A stretch of 64,000 nt of DNA, taken from NCBI GenBank assembly GCA_031267755.1, contig JAIRYP010000004.1, positions 10,686 through 74,685 on the forward strand, read 5' to 3'. Numbering within the stretch: position 1 is the first letter of the stretch; the number at the start of each line of letters is the position of its first letter. Below the pieces are notes generated by a model. That model searched no databases. It saw nothing but the letters and a program-made list of their open reading frames with translations, and was not told where the DNA came from. The position numbers and the translations under genes were made by a program. Below are positions 29,599 through 39,558 of this stretch, piece by piece. Source of the stretch: Clostridiales bacterium. Its GTDB lineage: Bacteria; Bacillota; Clostridia; Monoglobales; JAIRYP01.

Positions 29599-32055
29599 TT
29601 AATGAAGTTCCTCAATTTTTTCTTTTTCTGAGTTTAATTTTGCGATTCCAACTAGTTTGGTGTTTTTAGAAAATTTCATAAGCTTCGCGCCAATTGTGTT
29701 TCTTCCTATTGTTCTTATATTTTCAGTATTCATTCTGATGATTGTTCCTTCAGAAGTTATAAGCATAATGTCATCTTTATCATTTACGATTTTAAAGCCT
29801 ATTACAAAACCAGTATTTTTTGAAATTTTATATGCTCTAAGTCCTTTTCCACCTCGATTTTGAACTTTAAAATCAGAAAGTTTTACTTTTTTACCAAAAC
29901 CATTTTCCGTAACAATTAAAAGTTTAGCGTTGTCTACAATATTATTCATGCTTATTGCAAAATCGTTTTCGTGAAACTTAATGCTTCTCACTCCACGTGC
30001 TTTTCGTCCCATTGATCTTACGTCTTTTTCATGAAATCTTATAATTAAACCGGTGCGAGTTCCAATTAATATTTCATCTTTTCCATTTGTAATTTTAACT
30101 TTTATAAGTTCATCATCTTCATCGAGTACGATTCCAATTTTGCCGTTTCTATTTATATTTTCAAATTCAATTAAGTTCGTTTTTTTTATAATTCCTTTTT
30201 TTGTTGCAATTATAAGAAATTTGCCTTCTTCATATTTTCTAATTGGAATTACAGTGGAAATTTTTTCGTTTTCTTCTAATTGCAATATGTTAACAATTGG
30301 CATACCTTTTGCTTGTCTTCCGGTTTCTGGAATTTGGTATGCCTTAAGTTTATAAACTTTGCCTTTGTTTGTAAAAAAGAGGATATGACAATGAGTTGTT
30401 GTAACAAACATTGTTTTAACAAAATCTTCTTCACGTGTTTGAATTCCTGTAACACCTTTTCCACCTTTAGCTTGAACTTTGTAGACATCTGTAGACATTC
30501 TTTTGATATAGTCAAATTGTGTTATGGTTATGACGTTATCAGTCTCTTCCATTAGATCTTCGATAAAAATTTCATCATCAAAAGGCTCGATTGAAGTTCT
30601 TCTTTCGTCACCAAATTTGTTTTTTATTTTTAAAAGATCTTCTTTGATATTTTCCAAAATTTTTTCTTCATTTCCAAGAGTTATTTCAATTTTTTTTATA
30701 ATTCCAACAAGTTCTTCATATTCTTTTTCGATTTTTTCAGTTTCAAGATTTGCAAGTTTTCCAAGACGCATTTCAACAATTGCCTTCGTTTGTAAGTTAT
30801 CCAAACCATATTTTAATTTTAAACTTTCTTCGGCGGTGATAATTGTTTTCGAAGTTTTGATTATTTTTATGATTTCATCTATTTTTTCTAGAGCAATTTT
30901 TATGCCTTCAAGCAAATGTTTACGATTTTCAGCTTTTTTTTTGTCGAAATTCAGTTTGCGAATTAAAATTTCTTTTTGAAAATTTAAATAATTAACTAAA
31001 ATTTCTTTTAAATTTAAAATTTTTGGCTCGTTATCAACAAGTGCAAGCATAATCACATTAAATGAATTTTCGAGTTCGGTAAATTTATAAAGTTGATTGA
31101 GTATTACTGATGAATTTACGTCACGTTTTAATTCAACTACAATTCTTAATCCTTCTTTTCCAGATTCGTCACGCATATCAGATATGCCTTCGATTTTTTT
31201 GTCACGAATTACATCAGCCATTTTTTCAATAAGTTTTGATTTGCTCAACATGTATGGGATTTCTGTGAAAACTATTCTTTGACGTTTTTCTTTCCAATTT
31301 TCAACTGCGCTTTTTGCTCGAATTATAAGTTTTCCGCGGCCTGTGTTGTAAGCGTTTTTTATTCCTTCTAACCCCATAATCGTAGCTCCAGTTGGAAAAT
31401 CTGGGGCTTTTATATATTCAATGAGTTCGTTTATTGTAATTTCGGGGTTTTCAATAAGTGCAATTATACCATCAATTAATTCTGAAATATTGTGAGGAGG
31501 TATATTTGTTGCCATTCCCACAGCAATGCCGCTTGAACCATTTGCAAGTAAGTTTGGAAATTTCGAAGGTAAAACTGAGGGTTCGGTTCTTGTGTCATCA
31601 TAATTTGGTACGTAATTTACTGTATTTTTTTCTATATCAACAAGCATTTCCATGGATAATTTTGACATTCTGGCTTCTGTGTAACGGTACGCTGCAGGCG
31701 CATCACCATCAATTGATCCAAAGTTTCCATGACCATTAATCAAAGGATATCTGAGAGAAAAGTTTTGCGCCATACGAACCAAACTGTCGTATATTGCGGC
31801 ATCACCATGAGGGTGATATCTTCCAAGGACGTTTCCAACAGTGGTTGCTGATTTTTTAAATGCCTTGTCAGCGTGAATACCATCTTCATTCATAGCATAT
31901 AAAATTCTTCTATGAACAGGTTTAAGGCCATCTCTTACGTCAGGCAACGCTCGGCCGATTATAATTGACATTGAATAATCTATATAGGATTTTTTCATTT
32001 CTTCATTTATTTCAACAGGAATTATTTTAAGCTTACTTTCATCAAAAAATTTCAT
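29599..32055 (-). CDS. gyrA: DNA gyrase subunit A
   Basis: Contains [16 protein letters not shown], the catalytic-Tyr block [10 protein letters not shown], the QRDR-like segment [10 protein letters not shown], and C-terminal beta-pinwheel repeats with a GyrA-box-like QAKGGKG. Confidence 0.96.
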   Translation of the reverse strand: MKFFDESKLKIIPVEINEEMKKSYIDYSMSIIIGRALPDVRDGLKPVHRRILYAMNEDGIHADKAFKKSATTVGNVLGRYHPHGDAAIYDSLVRMAQNFSLRYPLINGHGNFGSIDGDAPAAYRYTEARMSKLSMEMLVDIEKNTVNYVPNYDDTRTEPSVLPSKFPNLLANGSSGIAVGMATNIPPHNISELIDGIIALIENPEITINELIEYIKAPDFPTGATIMGLEGIKNAYNTGRGKLIIRAKSAVENWKEKRQRIVFTEIPYMLSKSKLIEKMADVIRDKKIEGISDMRDESGKEGLRIVVELKRDVNSSVILNQLYKFTELENSFNVIMLALVDNEPKILNLKEILVNYLNFQKEILIRKLNFDKKKAENRKHLLEGIKIALEKIDEIIKIIKTSKTIITAEESLKLKYGLDNLQTKAIVEMRLGKLANLETEKIEKEYEELVGIIKKIEITLGNEEKILENIKEDLLKIKNKFGDERRTSIEPFDDEIFIEDLMEETDNVITITQFDYIKRMSTDVYKVQAKGGKGVTGIQTREEDFVKTMFVTTTHCHILFFTNKGKVYKLKAYQIPETGRQAKGMPIVNILQLEENEKISTVIPIRKYEEGKFLIIATKKGIIKKTNLIEFENINRNGKIGIVLDEDDELIKVKITNGKDEILIGTRTGLIIRFHEKDVRSMGRKARGVRSIKFHENDFAISMNNIVDNAKLLIVTENGFGKKVKLSDFKVQNRGGKGLRAYKISKNTGFVIGFKIVNDKDDIMLITSEGTIIRMNTENIRTIGRNTIGAKLMKFSKNTKLVGIAKLNSEKEKIEELH

Positions 32056-32568
32056 TTATTTTAATTCACCATTCTAAATATAATTTAAATATTTCAAGCT
32101 TCATTATAACAAAATTGTATTAAAGATTATAAAAAGTTATTTTAGGAAAAATATGGAAATAAATAATTATTTTTTATGAATTAAAATTTTATTAGGATAT
32201 TGTTTGTTATAGAATTATTTTTGTAAATGAAAATTCTACAAAGTTTTTCAATAATAAACTTTATTGAAAAGGGGTTTGAATAAATAGATGAGAAAAAATA
32301 ATTGCCGAGATAAGGCGCGCAAAAACACGCGGAATGGCCGCCGAAAACATTGAGACCTTCCGTGTTTGAAAACATAAATATAAAGCTGTAATTCAATTGA
32401 AACTGATGTTAATATTTGTGAGGACTTATTAGGGCCTGTTGTTTTAGAATCAGTTACAGCAGTGTTACAAAGTTATTCAACTAAACTATTTTCAAAAAAG
32501 AAAAATAATGCTAAGCTTAACTATATAGATAAAAAATAATTATTTTAATTTTAGGAGGAATTTTAAAG

Positions 32569-33438
32569 TTGAGCGCAACGGAATCAATCGTTGAAAAATA
32601 TGGAATAAAAAATCTGTCTGATCTTGAAGAATTGATAGAAAATACTGAATTCGAAATAGATTCATTGGGAGAAGAAGCGGAAAATTATCCTGAAATGGAA
32701 AAATTTTTATCTAATTTATACAAATTACGTTTGAAATTGGAAAAGGAAAATGCTTCTCCTGAAGCACCACCTGAATCAACAGATGCGGAAACGTCTTCAG
32801 TTTGGGAAAATGAAACTGCCCCTCCTGAAGCATCACCTGAATCGGAAGAAATAGTTTTAGAATCACCTGCTGAATCGGCAGAATCGAAAACATTTTCTAT
32901 AGAAGAAGTAAACCTCGAAACATATCCTACTTGTGAAAGTAAAATTGCCTCTTCTGAAGTACCTCCAGTAGCACCACCTGCTATAGAAAATTTTAGAACA
33001 AAAGAAGAATTTCAAACTTTAATTCGAGAATGTGCTAAACAAGAGGAACCTGTGGATTGGAGTGTTGTAGACAGTTCAGACGAGTTGAGACGTTGTAGTG
33101 TTGATACTTTAGAGACGTATCTAGCGTATTCGGAGGTTATGGATTTTAAAATTGATCGTATCCTTAAACATGAAAATGAAAATGATTTGGAATTACTTTA
33201 CACATACTTTGGCAGACTTATTGAACTTATCTTTGAACAACTTAAATGTATCGAACATACCTTTGAACAACGTGAACGTATGGTATGTATATTGGGCCGA
33301 TGCGAATGTATTAGAAGTACCTTTGAACAAACGAAATGTACTGAATACAAAAAATTGTTAAGAGATGAAATTGGTAGGACCAGATTTTTTAGAGATTTGA
33401 ACGAGAGATGTCAAATAGTAAGAGCTACAAACAGATAA
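32569..33438 (+). CDS. orphan acidic protein with Pro/Glu/Ser repeats and a C-terminal Cys-containing FEQ repeat
   Basis: TTG start 10 nt after AGGAGG. A 22-nt near-repeat, ctcctgaagca(c/t)cacctgaatc, occurs at 32756-32777 and 32822-32843. ctttgaacaa occurs three times (33231, 33261, 33321), encoding (I/T)FEQ-x-KC-x-E. No signal peptide is visible. Confidence 0.65.
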   Translation: MSATESIVEKYGIKNLSDLEELIENTEFEIDSLGEEAENYPEMEKFLSNLYKLRLKLEKENASPEAPPESTDAETSSVWENETAPPEASPESEEIVLESPAESAESKTFSIEEVNLETYPTCESKIASSEVPPVAPPAIENFRTKEEFQTLIRECAKQEEPVDWSVVDSSDELRRCSVDTLETYLAYSEVMDFKIDRILKHENENDLELLYTYFGRLIELIFEQLKCIEHTFEQRERMVCILGRCECIRSTFEQTKCTEYKKLLRDEIGRTRFFRDLNERCQIVRATNR

Positions 33439-34210
33439 AGACGCCTGAAACAACTGGGCAAATTAAAACAAAGTAATCTTGAGAGGAAAAGAAAATTATC
33501 ACTTGAACTGTTATCATCTCAAATTGTAAGGAGAGAGTACAGAGAATTTTTAAAATAAAACAGATAAAACGAATGATAAACTGTTAAGTGATTTATTTCA
33601 AGAGAGTTAAACATTTGAAATTTTTTGTTTAAAAAAACATAATGTAAGATTGTCGAGTTTTGAATATATTAAAATAAAGATGAGATTGCAATTAAAGTCG
33701 CATTGAAAAAAATATCAGAGCAGATTTTACCATTTTCGTTTTTTTAATTTTATAAAGCTTACATTATTTGCGCTGAAGCAATGTTTTGCGATATTTTATG
33801 AAAAAAGAAATTTGATAGAACAAAAGGGAATTTATAGATCAATAAATTGTAATGATGATTCTTCAGCGTTACAGTCGCATAGTTACAGCAACAACACATT
33901 TTCCAGATTTTAATTTATTTGAGATTTGGTTTTGTTTTATTATTGAGTTATCAATTTATTTTTCATTTCATAGTACTTCTATAAATTTCAGTGAATTTCA
34001 TAGTATTCTTGTTTCTACGGTATGCCACAGTTTTATATTATTCGCCATTCGATAAATCTCTCAGGTTATTTGTTTTGCAGTTATTATGTTGAAATATATT
34101 ATTTTATAGCAGAATGTTTACATGAATATTTAAATGCACATAAGAAATAAACTAGACATAATATATAATAATAGCAATAAAATACCAACATTTCAAGGAG
34201 GGAGAATAAC

Positions 34211-34345
34211 ATGAATAAAAATTTTATTTACCCACCAAAGCATTATGAATACGGATATTTTAATAGAAAAATTACAAGCGAATTCATTAAAGGTTTGATA
34301 CTCAACAATTTATTTAGAGTGTATCATAGACCTTTTGAAAGATAA
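34211..34345 (+). CDS. candidate small protein (44 aa)
   Basis: It falls below the track's length cut-off. The ATG at 34211 lies about 8 nt after a near-perfect SD (AAGGAGGGAG). Product: MNKNFIYPPKHYEYGYFNRKITSEFIKGLILNNLFRVYHRPFER. It converges on the tRNA cluster. Confidence 0.4.
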   Translation: MNKNFIYPPKHYEYGYFNRKITSEFIKGLILNNLFRVYHRPFER

Positions 34346-34383
34346 AACTATAGATTGTATGCTATAAAACTTATAATTATTAG

Positions 34384-34457
34384 TGGAGGCGCCACCCAGA
34401 TTTGAACTGGGGATAAAGCTTTTGCAGAGCTTTGCCTTACCACTTGGCCATGGCGCC
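34384..34457 (-). tRNA. tRNA-Cys (anticodon GCA)
   Basis: The reverse complement GGCGCCATGGCCAAGTGGTAAGGCAAAGCTCTGCAAAAGCTTTATCCCCAGTTCAAATCTGGGTGGCGCCTCCA folds as a cloverleaf. The anticodon loop is CTGCAAA and CCA is encoded. Confidence 0.9.
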
Positions 34458-34485
34458 AATTATTAAGATAGCATTCCCTAAAAAA

Positions 34486-34560
34486 TGGAGCGGAAGACGA
34501 GGATCGAACTCGCGACTCTCACCTTGGCAAGGTGATGCTCTACCACTGAGCCACTTCCGC
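34486..34560 (-). tRNA. tRNA-Gly (anticodon GCC)
   Basis: The reverse complement is GCGGAAGTGGCTCAGTGGTAGAGCATCACCTTGCCAAGGTGAGAGTCGCGAGTTCGATCCTCGTCTTCCGCTCCA. The anticodon loop is TTGCCAA. Confidence 0.9.
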
Positions 34561-34714
34561 ATTGTTTCTTCAGTTTTATAATTTTAGTATACGTACAACC
34601 GCCGTAGAAGTGTAAAAAAATTAATTTTTTGTCTTTTGTAAATTTTTAAATAAATTCCTTTTAAAATATAATTATATGATTTTAATGCGAACGTTTTACA
34701 ATTGTTTACATTTT

Positions 34715-34790
<76 letters not shown>

Positions 34791-34801
34791 AACCATAAAA
34801 T

Positions 34802-34878
34802 TGGCGACCCGAAAGGGATTTGAACCCTCGACCTCCAGCGTGACAGGCTGGCATTCTAACCATCTGAACTATCGGGCC
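34802..34878 (-). tRNA. tRNA-Asp (anticodon GTC)
   Basis: The reverse complement is GGCCCGATAGTTCAGATGGTTAGAATGCCAGCCTGTCACGCTGGAGGTCGAGGGTTCAAATCCCTTTCGGGTCGCCA. The anticodon loop is CTGTCAC. Confidence 0.9.
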
Positions 34879-34881
34879 AAA

Positions 34882-34957
34882 TGGTAGGCACAACAGGGAT
34901 CGAACCTGTGACCCTCTGCTTGTAAGGCAGATGCTCTCCCAGCTGAGCTATGCGCCC
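34882..34957 (-). tRNA. tRNA-Val (anticodon TAC)
   Basis: The reverse complement is GGGCGCATAGCTCAGCTGGGAGAGCATCTGCCTTACAAGCAGAGGGTCACAGGTTCGATCCCTGTTGTGCCTACCA. The anticodon loop is CTTACAA. The acceptor stem has two G-U pairs. Confidence 0.85.
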
Positions 34958-35000
34958 TTAAAAATATCGAACATGCTTATCTTAAAATATTAAAGTTTGC

Positions 35001-35022
35001 TCTCCGGAAATTTAGCCGGAGA
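35001..35022 (-). terminator. GC-rich hairpin between csp and the tRNA cluster (probable csp terminator)
   Basis: TCTCCGG-aaatttag-CCGGAGA forms a 7-bp stem with T/A-rich flanks on both sides. Confidence 0.5.
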
Positions 35023-35040
35023 ATTTTATAATTTTTTTAT

Positions 35041-35253
35041 TTAATCGCAAGGACAAACTTCAGATGCCTGAGGGCCTTTGTGTCCATCTACGATATAGAA
35101 TTCAACGTTCGCTCCTTCTTCCAACGTTTTATAACCTTCTGCTTCAATTGCTGAAAAATGCACGAAAACATCCGAACCGGTTTCGCTTTCGATGAAACCA
35201 TAACCCTTTTCAGCATTAAACCACTTTACTTTTCCCTTTTGTTTCTTTACCAT
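35041..35253 (-). CDS. cold-shock protein (CspA family)
   Basis: Contains [15 protein letters not shown] (RNP1) and VFVHFSAI (RNP2). 70 aa. Confidence 0.95.
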   Translation of the reverse strand: MVKKQKGKVKWFNAEKGYGFIESETGSDVFVHFSAIEAEGYKTLEEGANVEFYIVDGHKGPQASEVCPCD

Positions 35254-35554
35254 TGCACAACCCCACTTTTTCGTTCAACGAACTTAAAATTTAGTGTCAA
35301 TAAAAACACTACGCCGGATACTATCATAATTATTTCTTGCAGTCAACACTGTTTAAATTTTTTTTAAAAATATTTTAATTTTTGTTTTAATAATTTATAA
35401 AATATTCCTATAGAATGTATTTTCATCATTTTTCATAAAATTTTATTATAAATTTTGATTTTTTAAATAATTCTTTACTTTTTATTTTATTTATGTAATA
35501 ATGAAGATTATTATTTTGAATATTTAAATTTTTTGAACTGTAGGGGTGAGTTGA

Positions 35555-38500
35555 ATGTTGTTAAATAATAATTATAAAGTTTATATTCGTTTTTCAGCAG
35601 ATGGTGCTGGTTTAAGCAGTGATTTTTTTAGCGATGAACAAAGAGGTGTAATTGATAATTTATTTAAAAATGTTATTTTAAATAATTTTTTTGAAGTTTT
35701 TTATAGAGTCAATGAAATAAAGGGAAATGGCGTTGTTTTTGCAAGACAAATTTTAGATTATTTAGAAGGTAGAAGTTCAGAAATTAAAAAAATTAAATTT
35801 ACATTGGATGGCGTTGAAATATTAGGTTTTTATTGTGATTCAAAAATATTTTCTGCTGATTTTAAACTATTATATGAATTTGATCATGAAGATGAGTTTT
35901 TTAAGAAATATGGTAGTGATGAACGGGTTAAAATTGATGGTTGCGGGCGTCCTTTATATATACCCCGTAATGAAAATTTTGACGATATTATTGCTATGCA
36001 ATTGTCATACGACTTCAAAGATCAAAACTTACCTATAATTCGAAATTTAATTAATGAATTGGAATTAAATTATTTAGATTTAAAGACATCACTTGAAAGT
36101 TTATACTCATACATAAAATTTTCACCAAGTAGTTGTGCTAATAATTTTAAACAAATGAAAAAAACATTAGTTGACGAAGATACTTTAAATTTTCTTCGAG
36201 GAAATAATTGTCTAGTAAGTTTTTTTTGTGAATATTTAGGTGATAGATTTAAAAGTGAATTTTTTAATGCATTGAAAAAAATTGAAAAAAACGAAGATGA
36301 TGGTTTAGAAATTTTTAATACTTATAGAATTTTAATAAATGGTGAATTAAAAACTGTTTACATTTGGGGAGAAAGCTTATTTGATGCAGAATCAGGAACT
36401 AGGTTATGCGGTTTTGATTTTTCTTATAAAAAAGCATTCGATGATTATGGAAATTTTGTTGAATTAAAGGATGTACTTGGTGAAGCGTTAGATCTTTCGA
36501 ATTTAAATGATGGAACTAGTGAGTGTTATCACTTAAATCGATCAATTTTTCTTCCAGTTCATAAACTTAATTATAATTTGGGAATTTTTAAAGAATTTTT
36601 TAATCTTTTTAGAAGAAATAATGTTGAATATTCATTTTCAATTATTTCACAAGAATTATTTGGATTTAATTTAAGTGAAAAATTTGAAAAATTTAAATTT
36701 ATTATTAATTCCGATGCTCTTTCAAACAGAGCATTAGGAAATAAAAGTTTTGGCGTTTATGATTCTTATTTTATAAAAGAATTTTCGAAACTTCTTTCAT
36801 TTCCTTTTTTTGATTGTATTTTAGAAAATATAGTTTCTAATAATACTAATATTGGTTCTAAGCATAACGCACTTTTTTTTATTTTAAAAGATATTTTTGA
36901 AAGAAATTATATTGATTTATTTTATTTTACGAAAATTGTTATTAATAATTCTGAGTTTTCTGTTTATAGAATAGGTAATGATTTATTTGATATTAAAACG
37001 TTAAAATTGGTTGCTAGTTTCAATCCAGATTCAGATAAATTTTTAGATTCAAGTTTAAATGAAATCAAAGTATACGTTAAAGATGAAGATGAAGATGAAA
37101 ATAAAGTTCTAGAAGTTTTAACTTTAGAAGATTTGGTTTTTAATAGTGATTGTTATAAATTGCCTGATTTTTTGCATCCCTTTCAATACTTGAATTTAAG
37201 TACTTTAGAAATTTTAAAAAGTTTTCATGATTACGCGGTTTCTAATCTGTCATCAATGTCAAATGAAATGTTTGAAAAAGTTTCTTTACGATTAAGTGAT
37301 ATTGAAGAAGTTAATGTTTTCAACGCCCATGAAAAAAAATTATTGAGTGAAATTGTAAAAAGTGATTATTGGGCGTTTTTGCATGGAATATTTACGAATA
37401 TTTCAGAAGATACCACAATCGATAATTTTATTTATTCTATTTCGCATAATGTTTTGTTTTTGGAATATAGTGCTAACGTTAATGGCTCAGATTGTACTAT
37501 ACATATTGATAAAAAACACGGTATTGTGTACGATAAGGATTTTAAACCTTTATTCTATGTAAATGAGTCTGGCAATTTTATAAATTTTTTTGGTGAAGAA
37601 ATTACTTTAATAATAAACGAAGAAGAAATTAAAGATTTAAATAATATTAATATGAATCAGCCTTCTGATAGAGAAATTTCTCCACTTGTACTTAGTTTGT
37701 TAGCTGATCGTAGTATTTTGGAAAGACTCTTAGTATTGTTTAAAGAACGTGGGGATGTAGCTTATGATGAATTTCAAGATTTTATGAATAATGAAATAAT
37801 AGAGTCAAAACGTATATTAGTTGAAGATGAATTTTTTGATATTATGGTACGTGAGATTGATGGTTTATCTTTTAAAAAGGCTTTTACAAAAGATCAAAGG
37901 GATATACTTGAAGCTTGCAAAAGTGACCCTTTTGTACTAAAAATTTTACCACTTTTGCAGGGCTTGGAGAATGTTGAAGAATTTGAAGAAACATGTTCTT
38001 ATTTTTTAAATGATAGATCGTTTAATGGTTTTGAAGTTGAAATTTCAGGTGTGAAAACAGAAGTAGTTGTGTTTGATAATGAAATTTATTCGGCGGTTTC
38101 TGGTGAAACTTTGGGTCGGATAGTGGGAAACGTTATAATGTCTGAGGGCCATCCTGATGTAGTTCTTAATGCGACAAAATTGGATGGCAATTCTCTTCTT
38201 ATTGAAATAGAAGGAGACTATGTTTTTGATATTGAAAATTTAGATCCTGCAGAGGGCAATCCTGCAGTATTTGAAAACTTAAAGAAATTACTTGGTTTTA
38301 GTGGAAGTGCACAAGAAGCTTTTTACGAACTTTTTAAAAAGGAAGAAGATATAGATGGAAGCACATTAGAACGAATGCAAAATGCATTAAGGAAAGATGT
38401 ACCAGGAGTAGAGTGGAATGATGGTGATGCAGAAGATGACGATGTAGAAGTTAAACACACGGATGATGAACATGCAGATGATGATGTAAAACACAGCAAA

Positions 38501-39268
38501 CATACAGATATTGTTGGAGATTCTCATGTTATAGCCGCACATATTCCAAAGGTTGTTAAAAATGAGTTAGAATCTGATCCTGTTTTTCCGTTATCATCGA
38601 ATCTTCCAAAACCAAATGATGAAACCAAATCGGTAGAAACTTTTGAATTGTGCGATAAACGTAAAGAAGAAATTTTTAAAATGCGTTCTAAAGCTTTTAT
38701 ACAAAAAGACTTTGAGACCCGTCGTAGTATTCTTTTGTCATTATATCAAACGCTTGGTTTAAACCATGATCAAGAAACTCTTTTTAAAAAAATATTTTTT
38801 TGTTATACGGTTGATTTGTTTGCAAAAAATGGAATTTTTAGCACAGAAGATAAAGAAAAAATTGAAGATATTTTTAAGAATAATCCTAAAGCACAAACTG
38901 ACTTATTTGAATTATTTGAAAATGGAAATGAAAAAGATTTCCTAGAATATTTTAAAAATTATAAACGATTTAGCTCGGGTCTAATTGGTAATTTAAAGCA
39001 GCTTTTTGTGATTGTTTTAAATGGTTTTTTGGATATATTTGGTTATAAAAAAAATCAACGCACTGTTGAAGCAGTGCAAAAAACTTTTTGTGAAACATGC
39101 GATTCAGATTTGTGTTTTTTATTTAATAAACCTGTGCTTTTAAATGAAAGAGTTTCTACATGTTTGTTTGTTAATGCAGATGAAATTGAAAAACATAGAG
39201 AGTTAGAGATTTTAGCTAAATTTCCAAAAGAAACTAAGGATAGGAGTGATGTTTTGCCCAAAATTTAA
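35555..39268 (+). CDS. orphan giant protein (1237 aa) built from five ~185-aa repeat units, an acidic His-rich linker and a helical C-terminal domain
   Basis: ATG lies 6 nt after GGGGTGAG. It is a single uninterrupted ORF with no Walker, HExxH or other catalytic motifs seen, no signal peptide and no TM segment. The repeated hairpin-like motif lies at aa 81-110, 257-290, 460-490, 636-670 and 826-860. Confidence 0.75.
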   Translation: MLLNNNYKVYIRFSADGAGLSSDFFSDEQRGVIDNLFKNVILNNFFEVFYRVNEIKGNGVVFARQILDYLEGRSSEIKKIKFTLDGVEILGFYCDSKIFSADFKLLYEFDHEDEFFKKYGSDERVKIDGCGRPLYIPRNENFDDIIAMQLSYDFKDQNLPIIRNLINELELNYLDLKTSLESLYSYIKFSPSSCANNFKQMKKTLVDEDTLNFLRGNNCLVSFFCEYLGDRFKSEFFNALKKIEKNEDDGLEIFNTYRILINGELKTVYIWGESLFDAESGTRLCGFDFSYKKAFDDYGNFVELKDVLGEALDLSNLNDGTSECYHLNRSIFLPVHKLNYNLGIFKEFFNLFRRNNVEYSFSIISQELFGFNLSEKFEKFKFIINSDALSNRALGNKSFGVYDSYFIKEFSKLLSFPFFDCILENIVSNNTNIGSKHNALFFILKDIFERNYIDLFYFTKIVINNSEFSVYRIGNDLFDIKTLKLVASFNPDSDKFLDSSLNEIKVYVKDEDEDENKVLEVLTLEDLVFNSDCYKLPDFLHPFQYLNLSTLEILKSFHDYAVSNLSSMSNEMFEKVSLRLSDIEEVNVFNAHEKKLLSEIVKSDYWAFLHGIFTNISEDTTIDNFIYSISHNVLFLEYSANVNGSDCTIHIDKKHGIVYDKDFKPLFYVNESGNFINFFGEEITLIINEEEIKDLNNINMNQPSDREISPLVLSLLADRSILERLLVLFKERGDVAYDEFQDFMNNEIIESKRILVEDEFFDIMVREIDGLSFKKAFTKDQRDILEACKSDPFVLKILPLLQGLENVEEFEETCSYFLNDRSFNGFEVEISGVKTEVVVFDNEIYSAVSGETLGRIVGNVIMSEGHPDVVLNATKLDGNSLLIEIEGDYVFDIENLDPAEGNPAVFENLKKLLGFSGSAQEAFYELFKKEEDIDGSTLERMQNALRKDVPGVEWNDGDAEDDDVEVKHTDDEHADDDVKHSKHTDIVGDSHVIAAHIPKVVKNELESDPVFPLSSNLPKPNDETKSVETFELCDKRKEEIFKMRSKAFIQKDFETRRSILLSLYQTLGLNHDQETLFKKIFFCYTVDLFAKNGIFSTEDKEKIEDIFKNNPKAQTDLFELFENGNEKDFLEYFKNYKRFSSGLIGNLKQLFVIVLNGFLDIFGYKKNQRTVEAVQKTFCETCDSDLCFLFNKPVLLNERVSTCLFVNADEIEKHRELEILAKFPKETKDRSDVLPKI

Positions 39269-39558
39269 TCATAATAAAATAAAAATTTAAGACATATGAT
39301 ATTATTATTTTAATTTTTTAAATTATTTTTAAAATTTTATTGAAATTTCAGTGTTGTTTAATATATAATAAGAATTAAAATTTTTAAAAAATATTGAAGG
39401 ATGGGGATGATATTTAAGATATTAGTAATAATAAATGTGTATTATAAATAATAAAATTTTTTGTAGTTTTATATTGATTTTTTAATTTATTTGTGCTATC
39501 ATGACTATGTTGTATTTTTTAGTTAGATGAATTTAAAATTTTTTGGAGGATGAATTTT

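Noticed and set aside
32181-32396. A 71-aa minus-strand ORF in the gyrA upstream spacer.
   Set aside because: It has no RBS and a hydrophobic, low-complexity product, and it overlaps the likely gyrA promoter region. Its GC-rich part is better treated as a possible RNA element (see findings).
32056-32568. A replication origin (DnaA boxes) next to gyrA at the strand-switch point.
   Set aside because: I read the spacer by eye and saw no TTATCCACA or TGTGGATAA-type boxes, and dnaA, dnaN and gyrB are not here. Gene orientation also flips several more times downstream, so this is not a clean origin signature.
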